Under the pieces are notes generated by a model. That model did not search any database. It saw nothing but the letters and a program-made list of their open reading frames with translations, and was not told the DNA's origin. From the NCBI GenBank assembly GCA_036525795.1, contig DATCZS010000123.1:10717-74716 (forward strand): DNA of 64,000 bases, read 5' to 3'. The number at the start of each line of letters is the position of its first letter. The stretch's first letter is position 1. This stretch comes from Acidimicrobiia bacterium (GTDB lineage Bacteria > Actinomycetota > Acidimicrobiia > Spongiisociales > ZC4RG35). Shown here one piece after another: positions 38,665 to 47,548 of this stretch. A program made the position numbers and the translations under genes.

Positions 38665-39621
38665 TCACTCCATCGCGCCCATGATCAGGGCGAGGAGGCC
38701 CATTCGCATGACGACCCCGTAGTACGCCTCCTGCCAGTAGCGGGCGTGCCGGGTGGCATCGACGTCCGGGGGAAGCTCGTCCATCCGCGGGAGCGAATGG
38801 AGGATGATCGAGTGGCTCTGGGCCTTCTCGGAGAGGAGTGCCCGCGTGACCCGATAGTTGTCCGGGGTGTTCCCCACCGAGCCGTCGCCGCGTTCTTCGC
38901 GGCTCGCCGTGTAATCGGCCTGGACGACCGGCTCCATGTAGATGACGTCGGCTTCTCCGATGGCATCGGCCACGTGCTCGGCCCGCTCGATCCGCACGTT
39001 GAGGGCGTCCATCTCGGCCAGGAACTCCTCGGTCGGCCCCATGTCGTCGGGACACACATAGATGATCTTCGAGTCGAACTGGCTCATCGCGTAGCCGAGA
39101 GAATGCATCGTGCGCATGCGCCAGTCGCCGACCGCCAGGAAGGTGAGCCCGTCGACCGTGCCCAGTTCCCGGCGTGTCGTGTACAGGTCGGTGAGCACCT
39201 GGGTGGGATGCTCTCCCCACCCGTCCCCTCCGTTGATCACGGGAACACTCGACCAGCGGGCGGCTTCGTGAGGCGCTCCCTGCTGGAAATGGCGCATCAC
39301 GATCGCATCCCCGTAGAACTCGAGCATGTGGACGGTGTCCTTGATCGACTCCTGGTAGAAGTCGCCTGCCCTGGTCATCTTCGGGTCGGCGAACCCGCAC
39401 ACGTGCCCGCCCAGCCGGTGCATCGCCGCCTCGTGGGCAAGGCGGGTCCGGGTGGATGGCTGATAGAAGGCGGTGACCAGCGTCTTCTCGGCGAGCAGAT
39501 CCGTGTTCCGCCGTTCCCGCGCGATCGGCTCGAGCTCGTCGCACGCCTCGAAGACGTGTTCGAACTCGGCCCGCTCGAAGCCGTTCAGCGACAGGATGTC
39601 CCGCCCGGCGAAGCTCCTCAT
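38665..39621 (-). CDS. Aspartate-carbamoyltransferase-like (PyrB-like) carbamoyltransferase
   Basis: STRTR, HPTQ and HSLPR motifs; 318 aa. It sits in a catabolic gene context rather than a pyr operon. Confidence 0.7.
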   Translation of the reverse strand: MRSFAGRDILSLNGFERAEFEHVFEACDELEPIARERRNTDLLAEKTLVTAFYQPSTRTRLAHEAAMHRLGGHVCGFADPKMTRAGDFYQESIKDTVHMLEFYGDAIVMRHFQQGAPHEAARWSSVPVINGGDGWGEHPTQVLTDLYTTRRELGTVDGLTFLAVGDWRMRTMHSLGYAMSQFDSKIIYVCPDDMGPTEEFLAEMDALNVRIERAEHVADAIGEADVIYMEPVVQADYTASREERGDGSVGNTPDNYRVTRALLSEKAQSHSIILHSLPRMDELPPDVDATRHARYWQEAYYGVVMRMGLLALIMGAME

Positions 39622-39766
39622 GATCCTCCCTCAACTGTCTCCGCGAACAAGGGTTTGCCCGCCGAAGCGGGCCATCAACACAGGCTGCGCAATCGCTGGC
39701 CCACCGGGTAGAGACGAACGGCCACAACCCCTGGGCCCCTGACCTCTCTGCGGTCGCCGGCCGAAT

Positions 39767-40615
39767 GTGACGCTTGACCCCGCAACCGGGGACCTGTTGG
39801 GAGTAGGTTCCCTTGCGATGGACATCGCCAGACCGAGGGGCCTCGACGAGGCCCTGGCCGCCCTCGCCGCCTCTCCCTCAGCGACGTTGCTGGCGGGAGG
39901 AACCGACCTGATGGTCGACGTCAACCTCGCGCACCGCCGCCCTGAAGAGGTGATCGCACTCCGCAGGGTGCCCGAACTGGCCGAGATGGCCCCTGCGTTC
40001 ATCGGGGCGGGGGTCACGTTTGCCCGCCTGGAGGGCTCGCCCCATGCCGCCCTCGCCGAACTCGCCCGCACGGTCGGGTCGCCGCAGATCCGGGCGGCGG
40101 GCACCATCGGGGGGAACCTGGGCACGGCCAGCCCGGCCGGCGACTCGCTGCCCTGGCTGGCGGCGCTCGACGCCACCGTCGTGCTCGCCTCGGTCGACGG
40201 TGAGCGCCGGGCGAGATGGGACGAGTTCTTCGTCGGCCCCAAGCGGACGGCGAGGCGCCCCGGCGAGTTGATCGTCGGCGTCGAACTGCCGGATCGCCGC
40301 CCCGTGCGCGAGGCGTTTGCGAAGGTCGGGATACGCCAGGCGATGGTCATCGCCACCGTGTCGTGCTGTGTGGCCCGATTCGACGACGGCGAGATCCGGG
40401 TGGCGCTCGGAGCCGTCGGACCCACCGTGCTCCGTGCCCGGCGGGCAGAGGCCTTCCTCGCCGACCGGGCCATCACATCAGACGAGGACCTCGCCGCCTT
40501 CGCCCGAATGGTCGCAGACGAAGTCCGGCCGATCACAGACCACCGATCGACGGAGGCCTACCGCCGCCACGCGGCAGGGGTGATCGCCCGGCGAACACTG
40601 GAGCGAGTGATGTGA
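39767..40615 (+). CDS. Xanthine dehydrogenase-family FAD-binding subunit (set 2)
   Basis: LLAGGTDL and GTIGGNL motifs. The true start may be the internal Met. Confidence 0.8.
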   Translation: MTLDPATGDLLGVGSLAMDIARPRGLDEALAALAASPSATLLAGGTDLMVDVNLAHRRPEEVIALRRVPELAEMAPAFIGAGVTFARLEGSPHAALAELARTVGSPQIRAAGTIGGNLGTASPAGDSLPWLAALDATVVLASVDGERRARWDEFFVGPKRTARRPGELIVGVELPDRRPVREAFAKVGIRQAMVIATVSCCVARFDDGEIRVALGAVGPTVLRARRAEAFLADRAITSDEDLAAFARMVADEVRPITDHRSTEAYRRHAAGVIARRTLERVM

Positions 40616-41082
40616 TCATCGAACTCACCGTCAACGGGGAACGGAGGTCCGTCCAGGTGGACGGCTGGGAGAGCCTCCTGTGGGTGCTGCGTGAGCAGCT
40701 CGGTCTGCCCGGATCCAAGCCTGCCTGCGAGCAGGGTGAGTGCGGAGCCTGCTCGGTGATCCTGGACGGCGACCTGGTGTGCAGCTGTCTCGTGATGGCC
40801 GCGGACGCCGAAGCCGGCACGGTCGTCACCGTGGAAGGCCTCGGGACCGCAGAGGACCTGCATCCGGTGCAGGCGGCGTTTCACGCCCACGGCGCGGTGC
40901 AGTGCGGGTTCTGCACGCCCGGGCTGGTCGTCGCCGCCGCCCACCTGCTCGAGCATGCCAGGAACCCTTCGATGGAGGACATCCGCGAGGCGCTGTCAGG
41001 CAACATCTGTCGATGCACCGGGTACGGCTCGGTGCTCAGGGCGGTCGCCTCGGTCGTCGCCGACCGGGAGGAGACGCCGTGA
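40612..41082 (+). CDS. Xanthine dehydrogenase-family (2Fe-2S)-binding subunit (set 2)
   Basis: GTG start overlapping the upstream stop (GTGA). Motifs CEQGECGAC, QCGFCTPG and CRCTGY. Confidence 0.85.
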   Translation: MIIELTVNGERRSVQVDGWESLLWVLREQLGLPGSKPACEQGECGACSVILDGDLVCSCLVMAADAEAGTVVTVEGLGTAEDLHPVQAAFHAHGAVQCGFCTPGLVVAAAHLLEHARNPSMEDIREALSGNICRCTGYGSVLRAVASVVADREETP

Positions 41083-43304
41083 CCACGTCGGTCGGCGAGC
41101 GGCGAAAGGTGTCCGGCGGGGTCGGCGAGCCGGTGCTCCGACCAGATGGCATCCCCAAGGTCACCGGGGCCTTCGAGTATGTGAACGACCTCCATGCGGA
41201 CGGGATGCTGTGGGCCGTGACGCGTCGGGCACACGCCGCTCACGCCCGCATCGTCCGCCTCGACACCACTGCGGCGAGGACCATGCCGGGGGTTGTCGAC
41301 GTCATCACCGTCGACGACGTGGCCGGTCACCGCTATCAGGGCCAGATCGTCACCGACCAGCCCGTGCTCGCCGAAGCCGAGATCCGCCATTGGGGTGAGG
41401 CGGTGGCGGTGGTGGCCGCCGAGACACGGGAACAGGCGCGGCGGGCCGCCGAGGCGATAGATCTCGAACTCGAGGCCCTGCCCGCCGTCACCGACCTCGA
41501 GGCCGCGCTCGAGCAGGGGGCGATCTTCCGGGCGATCACGGTCCGTCACGGCGACCAGGACCGCCACGGCGAGGTGGTGGTGGAAGGACGCTACGAGGTG
41601 GGGATCCAGGACCAGGCCCCGCTGGGGACCGAGGCGGGGCTGGCCGTTCCGGACGGCGTCGGTGGTGTCGACGTCTGGGGTCCCACCCAGTGGACACACG
41701 TCGACCGCCGTCAACTCGCGGCCTGTCTCGGCCTCGACGAGTCGGCGGTCCGCGTCCACTCGGTGGGCCTGGGCGGAGCGTTTGGCGCCCGCGAGGATCT
41801 CTCGGTCCAGACCCACCTGGCCATGCTCGCCCTCCGCACGGGACGTCCGGTCAAGATGGCGTTCGACCGCACCGAGAGCTTCGCCGCCCACGTCAAGCGA
41901 CACGGAGCGGTGATGGAGTACCGCCACGAGGCAGACGCCGACGGGACGCTGGTGCGGGTCGACGCCCGGCTGCTGCTCGATTCGGGGGCCTACCACATGA
42001 CCTCCGACGCCGTGATCGCCAACTCCGCCTACTTCGCGGTCGGCCCCTACCGCTGTGAGACCACCTCCGTCGACGCCTGGGCACTGCGCACCAACCATCC
42101 ACCCGCTGGAGCCATGCGCGGGTTCGGGGCCAACCAGCCGTGCTTCGCGGCCGAGGCCCAGATGGACCGCCTTGCAGCCGCCCTCGGAATGGATCCGGTC
42201 GAACTGCGCCTGCGCAACGCCTTGGGCCGTGGAGACACCCTCCCGACCACCGGCCAGCTCATCGAATACCCGCTCCCCACCGCCGAGGTGATCCGCTCGG
42301 TGGCCGCCATCCCGCTACCCGACCCCGAGGACCGGAGCGACGTACGCCTCCTCCCTGGAGGCACGGGCCGGACCACCGGCCGCGGCCACGTCCGGCGCGG
42401 CGTGGGCTACGCCGTCGGCATCAAGAACCTCGAGTTCTCGGAGGGTTTCGACGACTTCGCCGAGGCCGAAGTCGAGCTCACCGCCGCAGGGGCGGTGATC
42501 CACACCGCCGCCATCGAGGTCGGTCAGGGCCTGGTGACCGCCCTCACCCAGATCGCCCGGTCGGCGCTTGGCATCGAGTCGGTGACCGTGGACTTCGACC
42601 ACACGGGCCGGATCGGGTCGGCCGGATCGACGTCGGCATCCCGTCAAACCCAGATGAGCGGCGGTGCCGTGCTGCGGGCGGCGCAGGCGGTGCGGGCGGC
42701 CGTCCTCGACCGCCACGGCGCCGACGACCTCACAGACGAAGGCGTGTGGCGGAACGGGGAGCTGGTGGCATCGCTCGCCGCCGTCGTCGGCGACGGTCCG
42801 GTCGCCGAGCGAGTGCGGTTCAGGCACCCCGGGACCGATACCCCAGACGAGTTCGGACAGGGCAAGCTCCACGTCGACTTCTGCGTTGCGGCCCACAGGG
42901 CGATCGTCGACGTCGACCCCGAGCTCGGGCTGGTGCGGGTGGTACGAATCGACACCGCCCAGGACGTCGGCCGGGCGCTCAACCCCCTCTCCGTGCTCGG
43001 CCAGATCGAAGGCGGCATCGCCCAGGGCATGGGCCTGGCCATCATGGAGGAGCTGGTCGTCGACGGCGGCATCGTCCGCAACCCCACGTTCACCGACTAC
43101 CTGCTGCCCACCACCCTCGACATGCCAGACGTCGAGGCGGTGCTGGTCGAGGAACCCAGCCCCTGGGGGCCGTTCGGGGCCAAGGGTTTCGCCGAGCTCC
43201 CGACCGTCTCATCGACGCCGGCGGTGGTGGCGGCGCTGCGGGCCGCCACGGGCATGGCGCTGAACCGGGTGCCGGTTCGACCCCAGGACATCGTCGGTCT
43301 CTGA
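41079..43304 (+). CDS. Xanthine dehydrogenase-family molybdopterin-binding subunit (set 2)
   Basis: GTG start overlapping the upstream stop. GGAFGARE and AMRGFGANQ motifs; about 741 aa. Confidence 0.82.
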   Translation: MTTSVGERRKVSGGVGEPVLRPDGIPKVTGAFEYVNDLHADGMLWAVTRRAHAAHARIVRLDTTAARTMPGVVDVITVDDVAGHRYQGQIVTDQPVLAEAEIRHWGEAVAVVAAETREQARRAAEAIDLELEALPAVTDLEAALEQGAIFRAITVRHGDQDRHGEVVVEGRYEVGIQDQAPLGTEAGLAVPDGVGGVDVWGPTQWTHVDRRQLAACLGLDESAVRVHSVGLGGAFGAREDLSVQTHLAMLALRTGRPVKMAFDRTESFAAHVKRHGAVMEYRHEADADGTLVRVDARLLLDSGAYHMTSDAVIANSAYFAVGPYRCETTSVDAWALRTNHPPAGAMRGFGANQPCFAAEAQMDRLAAALGMDPVELRLRNALGRGDTLPTTGQLIEYPLPTAEVIRSVAAIPLPDPEDRSDVRLLPGGTGRTTGRGHVRRGVGYAVGIKNLEFSEGFDDFAEAEVELTAAGAVIHTAAIEVGQGLVTALTQIARSALGIESVTVDFDHTGRIGSAGSTSASRQTQMSGGAVLRAAQAVRAAVLDRHGADDLTDEGVWRNGELVASLAAVVGDGPVAERVRFRHPGTDTPDEFGQGKLHVDFCVAAHRAIVDVDPELGLVRVVRIDTAQDVGRALNPLSVLGQIEGGIAQGMGLAIMEELVVDGGIVRNPTFTDYLLPTTLDMPDVEAVLVEEPSPWGPFGAKGFAELPTVSSTPAVVAALRAATGMALNRVPVRPQDIVGL

Positions 43305-43319
43305 GCGAAAGGATCCGCA

Positions 43320-44528
43320 TTGGATTTCTCGATCACGCCCGAACTGCACGAGACGCTGCGCGCGGTCCGCGAGTTCATCGACAGAGAGGTGATCCCCCTC
43401 GAGGCCCGGCTCCTGACCGAGGGGTTCGAGGCGACGGCGGGGGACCTGGGGCATCTGAGGGAGCGGGCGAAGACCCTGGGACTGTGGGCCCCTGCCATCC
43501 CCCGCGAGGCGGGCGGAGCCGGACTGGGGCTGATCGACTTCGCCCATCTCAGTGAAGAACTGGGGCGGACGCCGGCCGGCCACTACGTGTTCAACGCCCA
43601 GGCGCCCGACATCGGCAACATGGAGCTGCTGCTGCGCCACGGGTCCGATGCGCAGCGTCGCCGATGGCTCGAGCCCCTCGTGGCCGGCGAGATCCGGAGC
43701 TGTTTCTCGATGACCGAGCCGGGGCGGGCCGGGTCGAACCCCGCCTGGCTCTCTGCCACCGCCGAACGGGACGGCGACCAGTACGTGCTCAACGGCGACA
43801 AGTGGTTCACCTCGGCCGCCGACGGGGCCGCCTTCACCATCGCCATGATGGTCACGAACCCCCAGGCGGAGAGCCGCTACGCCCGCGCCAGCCAGATCAT
43901 CGTCCCCACCGACACTCCCGGGTTCACCCGCGTTCGCAACACCCCGGTGATGGGCGAGGCGGGTTCTGGTTGGGCCAGCCACTCCGAGGTGAGCTTCACC
44001 GACTGTCGGGTCCCGGTCACCAACCGGATCGGCGATGAGGGCGCCGGATTCGTCCTCGCCCAGGAGCGCCTGGGCCCGGGTCGCATCCACCACTGCATGC
44101 GATGGCTGGGCATCTGCGAACGGTCGCTCGACCTGATGTGCGAGTACGCGGTCAATCGGGAGCTGGCGCCGGGCCGGCCACTGGCGGATCAGCAGGTGGT
44201 GCAGCACTGGATCGCCGACAGCCGGACCGAGATCGACGCCGCCCGGCTCATGGTGCTGCGTGCCGCATGGAAGATCGAGCGGGAAGGCAACCACGCCGCC
44301 CGCACCGAGGTCTCGCAGATCAAGTTCTTCGTGGCCAACACGCTCCAGCGGGTGATCGACCGGGCGCTCCAGGTGCACGGCGGCATGGGGATGACCGACT
44401 ACACGCCGCTGGCGTGGTGGTACCGGCACGAACGGGCCGCCCGGATCTACGACGGCGCCGACGAGGTCCACCGCAACGTCGTCGCCCGTCACGAGCTCGG
44501 CAGGCACGGGTACGGGCGGAAGAGCTGA
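43320..44528 (+). CDS. Acyl-CoA dehydrogenase family protein
   Basis: ACAD fold of 402 aa with C-terminal YDGADEVHR. Confidence 0.75.
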   Translation: MDFSITPELHETLRAVREFIDREVIPLEARLLTEGFEATAGDLGHLRERAKTLGLWAPAIPREAGGAGLGLIDFAHLSEELGRTPAGHYVFNAQAPDIGNMELLLRHGSDAQRRRWLEPLVAGEIRSCFSMTEPGRAGSNPAWLSATAERDGDQYVLNGDKWFTSAADGAAFTIAMMVTNPQAESRYARASQIIVPTDTPGFTRVRNTPVMGEAGSGWASHSEVSFTDCRVPVTNRIGDEGAGFVLAQERLGPGRIHHCMRWLGICERSLDLMCEYAVNRELAPGRPLADQQVVQHWIADSRTEIDAARLMVLRAAWKIEREGNHAARTEVSQIKFFVANTLQRVIDRALQVHGGMGMTDYTPLAWWYRHERAARIYDGADEVHRNVVARHELGRHGYGRKS

Positions 44529-44532
44529 ACCG

Positions 44533-45477
44533 GTGCCGATTCCCCTCCTGTTGCTCCTCGCCCTGCCTGCGTCCGGCAAGTCGGAGCTCCGCCGCTATCT
44601 CGACCTGCTGGACGAGCACGACCGTCTCGAGCTGGGGCTGGGACCCACCGTGCAGCTCGACGACTACCCGTACGTGGCGCTGATGCGGGCGATCTCCCGG
44701 AGATTGCTGGCCGGCGGGCGCCACCCGGTGTTCTTCGCCTCGGACGATCTGCCGTTCGCCGACCCGCGGGATTGGCTCACGCTGATCCACCTGCTCAACG
44801 AGGACCACCAATCGGTCGTCCAGGGAGCGACACTGCCAGACGATCCGGGCCGGTGGATCCTCGACCGTCTGGACAGGGCCCGGACCCTCGCCGGGGCTCC
44901 GGCCCTGACCGATGGGCTCCCCGGAGACGCAACGGCTGTCCTGGTCGACGCGTGCAGGTCGCCAGGATCCGACATCGCCGCCGCCCTCGTCAGCCGGCGA
45001 TGCACCGAGGGTTCGACGATCGTCGTGGAATTCGCCCGGGGTGGCCCCCGGGGCTCGGCGATGCCGCTCCCCCATCCCCACGGGTACGTTCACTCGCTCG
45101 CCGCGCTCTCGCCGGCGATCCTCGACCACGCCGCGGCCCTCTACATCCGGGTTACCCCCGAACAGAGCCGCGCGAAGAACCTGGAGCGGGCGCGCCCGGA
45201 CGGCGAAGGATCGATTCTCCACCACGGCGTACCCGAGACCGTCATGGACCGCGACTACGGCACCGACGACTTCGTCTGGCTGCTCGAGACGTCCGATCGG
45301 CGCGGCACGATCCGCATCGAGAGGGACGAACGCGCCTTTCGCCTGCCCGCCGCAGTGTTCGACAACCGGGAGGACCTCACGACCTTCCTGCGCGACGACC
45401 CTGAGACCTGGCCTGCGGAAATGGTGACAGCACTGCATGCCAGGCTGCGGGCGGCACTCGCAGCCCTTCGGCCGTGA
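44533..45477 (+). CDS. Hypothetical P-loop protein (Walker A-like ALPASGKS)
   Basis: The N-terminus LLLALPASGKSELRRYL resembles kinase P-loops. 314 aa, no family assigned. Confidence 0.4.
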   Translation: MPIPLLLLLALPASGKSELRRYLDLLDEHDRLELGLGPTVQLDDYPYVALMRAISRRLLAGGRHPVFFASDDLPFADPRDWLTLIHLLNEDHQSVVQGATLPDDPGRWILDRLDRARTLAGAPALTDGLPGDATAVLVDACRSPGSDIAAALVSRRCTEGSTIVVEFARGGPRGSAMPLPHPHGYVHSLAALSPAILDHAAALYIRVTPEQSRAKNLERARPDGEGSILHHGVPETVMDRDYGTDDFVWLLETSDRRGTIRIERDERAFRLPAAVFDNREDLTTFLRDDPETWPAEMVTALHARLRAALAALRP

Positions 45478-45492
45478 CGGGGCGACGGGCGA

Positions 45493-46866
45493 TCAACCGT
45501 CGACCAGCGAGCGGGATGCGGCGTTGTGCAGGACCGTCAGCCGTTCGGGGTCGATCGTCTCCACCTGTCCGGCGGTGACCACCGCCCGCCCGTGCACCCA
45601 GGTCTCGTCGACCTGAACAGGGGCGCACAGCATCAGCGCCGCCACGGGATCATGGAGCGCACCGGCGAATTCCACCCGGTCGAGCTTCACGGCGAAGAAA
45701 TCGGCCGCCTTCCCCACCTCGAGCGAGCCGATATCGGGACGGCCCAGCACCGCCGCCCCTCCCCGGGTGGCGATCTCCAGTGCCTCGCGTGCCGGCATCA
45801 CCACTCCCGGTCCCCGGTCAGGCGCGGGCGCCGCCGCCAGCCGGGCGAGCAGCATCGCCTGCCGTGCCTCGCCCAGCAGGTGGCTGCCGTCGTTGGAGGC
45901 AGAACCGTCGACACCCAGACCGGTTCGCACGCCGGCGTCTCTGTACGCCCGCACCGGGGCGATGCCGGAAGAAAGGCGCATGTTGGACGAGGGGCAGTGC
46001 GCCACCCCGGTCCCGCTGGACGCCATCCGTCGGATGCCGCCGGCATCGACCCACACGCCGTGGGCGAACCACACCTCGTCGCCCAGCCAGCCCACCGACT
46101 CGGCGTAGTCGAGAGGCCGCATGCCGAACGACTCGAGGCAGAACCGCTCCTCGTCGATCGTCTCGGCGAGGTGGGTGTGCATCGTCACCCCGAAGGATCT
46201 GGCCACTTCGGCGGACGCGGCCATCACCTCGCGGGTCACCGAGAACGGCGAACAGGGAGCCACGACGATGCGGGTCATCGCCCCCGGTGCAGGATCGTGG
46301 AACTCGGTGATCACCCGAACGGTGTCGGCGAGGATGGCGTCTGCCTCCTCCACGACCGAGTCCGGCGGAAGACCGCCGTCGCTCTCCCCCAGGCTCATCG
46401 ACCCCCGGGATGCGTGAAGACGCAGACCCACCTGGCGGGCGGCCTCGATCTGGTCATCCAGCCGCGACCCGTTGGGAAACAGATACAGGTGGTCGGACGC
46501 GGTGGTGCAGCCGGACCGGGCCAGCTCGACCAGACCGAGCTGGGTCGACAGACGGATGTGATCGGGCGTCATCCGCGCCCAGATGGGATAGAGCGCCTTC
46601 AACCACTCGAACAGGCCGGCGTCCTGGGCGGCGGGAACCGCCCTCGTGAGCGTCTGGTAGAGGTGATGGTGGGTGTTGACGAGCCCGGGAGCCGCAACGT
46701 GGCCGGAGAGGTCGAGGACTTCGTCGGCAGAGGCGGGGAGCTCCGAAGTCGGTCCGACCGCTTCGATCCAGCCGTCACGGGCGAACAGCCCTCCGTCGAC
46801 GATCTCCCGACGATCGGCGTCCATCGTGACGAGGACGGCGGCATTCTTCACCAGCAGCGTCGACAT
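45493..46866 (-). CDS. Amidohydrolase, COG0402 type (guanine/8-oxoguanine deaminase/SsnA-like)
   Basis: HHHLYQT metal-binding motif near the N-terminus and an overall 457-aa amidohydrolase layout (MSTLLVKNAAVLVTMD...). Confidence 0.7.
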   Translation of the reverse strand: MSTLLVKNAAVLVTMDADRREIVDGGLFARDGWIEAVGPTSELPASADEVLDLSGHVAAPGLVNTHHHLYQTLTRAVPAAQDAGLFEWLKALYPIWARMTPDHIRLSTQLGLVELARSGCTTASDHLYLFPNGSRLDDQIEAARQVGLRLHASRGSMSLGESDGGLPPDSVVEEADAILADTVRVITEFHDPAPGAMTRIVVAPCSPFSVTREVMAASAEVARSFGVTMHTHLAETIDEERFCLESFGMRPLDYAESVGWLGDEVWFAHGVWVDAGGIRRMASSGTGVAHCPSSNMRLSSGIAPVRAYRDAGVRTGLGVDGSASNDGSHLLGEARQAMLLARLAAAPAPDRGPGVVMPAREALEIATRGGAAVLGRPDIGSLEVGKAADFFAVKLDRVEFAGALHDPVAALMLCAPVQVDETWVHGRAVVTAGQVETIDPERLTVLHNAASRSLVDG

Positions 46867-46968
46867 GGAGCCACGGTATGGCCCGGCTGTCCGGGCGGGG
46901 AGGGACCGACGGCCCTTCCGGCCGAAGCCCTCGTGCGAGACAGGGTCGACCGGGGACGGCGGGCGCAG

Positions 46969-47451
46969 CTACAGCTTGTACCCGAACTGGCGGAGCAGGC
47001 CCTTCCGGGCCACGACATCCTCTTCGGTCTCGACCCCGAGCGGGGACCCGCCGTCGACCACCCCGATGATCCCCCTGCCCTGGTCGGTCTCGGCCACCAG
47101 CACCTCCACAGGATTGGCGGTGGCGCAGAAGATCCGACACACCTCCGGCACGGCTTTCACCGCGTTGAGCACGGACACCGGGAACCCGTTGCGAAGGAAG
47201 ACGATGAAGCTGTGGCCGGATCCGACGGCTACGGCATTGCGGACCGCCAGTTCGACGAGGTCGTCGGCGTTGCCCGAACGGCGCACCAGGCGCGGGCCGG
47301 ACGCCTCGCAGAAGGCGAGCCCGAATTCGAGCGAGCCGGACGATTGGGCGAGCACCTCGTGCAGGTCCTCCACCGTCTTGATGAAGTGGCTCTGCCCCAG
47401 GATCAGGTTGAGCTCTTCGGGGTTCTCGATCGGGACGGATTGGATCTCCAT
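46969..47451 (-). CDS. Adenosine-specific-kinase-like small protein (PF04008-like), tentative
   Basis: 160 aa. GQSHFIKTVEDLHE matches my recollection of this family. The family call is uncertain; the ORF itself is clean. Confidence 0.45.
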   Translation of the reverse strand: MEIQSVPIENPEELNLILGQSHFIKTVEDLHEVLAQSSGSLEFGLAFCEASGPRLVRRSGNADDLVELAVRNAVAVGSGHSFIVFLRNGFPVSVLNAVKAVPEVCRIFCATANPVEVLVAETDQGRGIIGVVDGGSPLGVETEEDVVARKGLLRQFGYKL

Positions 47452-47548
47452 GGCCCAAACGTAGTCCCTGCCGGTACCCGGCCATGGGTCATGGGTCCCT
47501 GGTCATCTGACCACCGGCCCTGCCGCGTGTGCGGGACTGCGCATAGGG

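Noticed and set aside
39622-39766. Regulatory element between the PyrB-like carbamoyltransferase and the set-2 XDH operon
   Set aside because: It is a divergent promoter region and no regulator gene is adjacent. No clear inverted repeat was identified by eye beyond short GC palindromes.
47452-47548. Possible purine riboswitch in the divergent region between the adenosine-kinase-like gene and add
   Set aside because: I could not find the conserved purine-aptamer junction sequences (UAUA...GGGA / ...CCGUAAAU-like J2-3). It is more likely a plain divergent promoter region.
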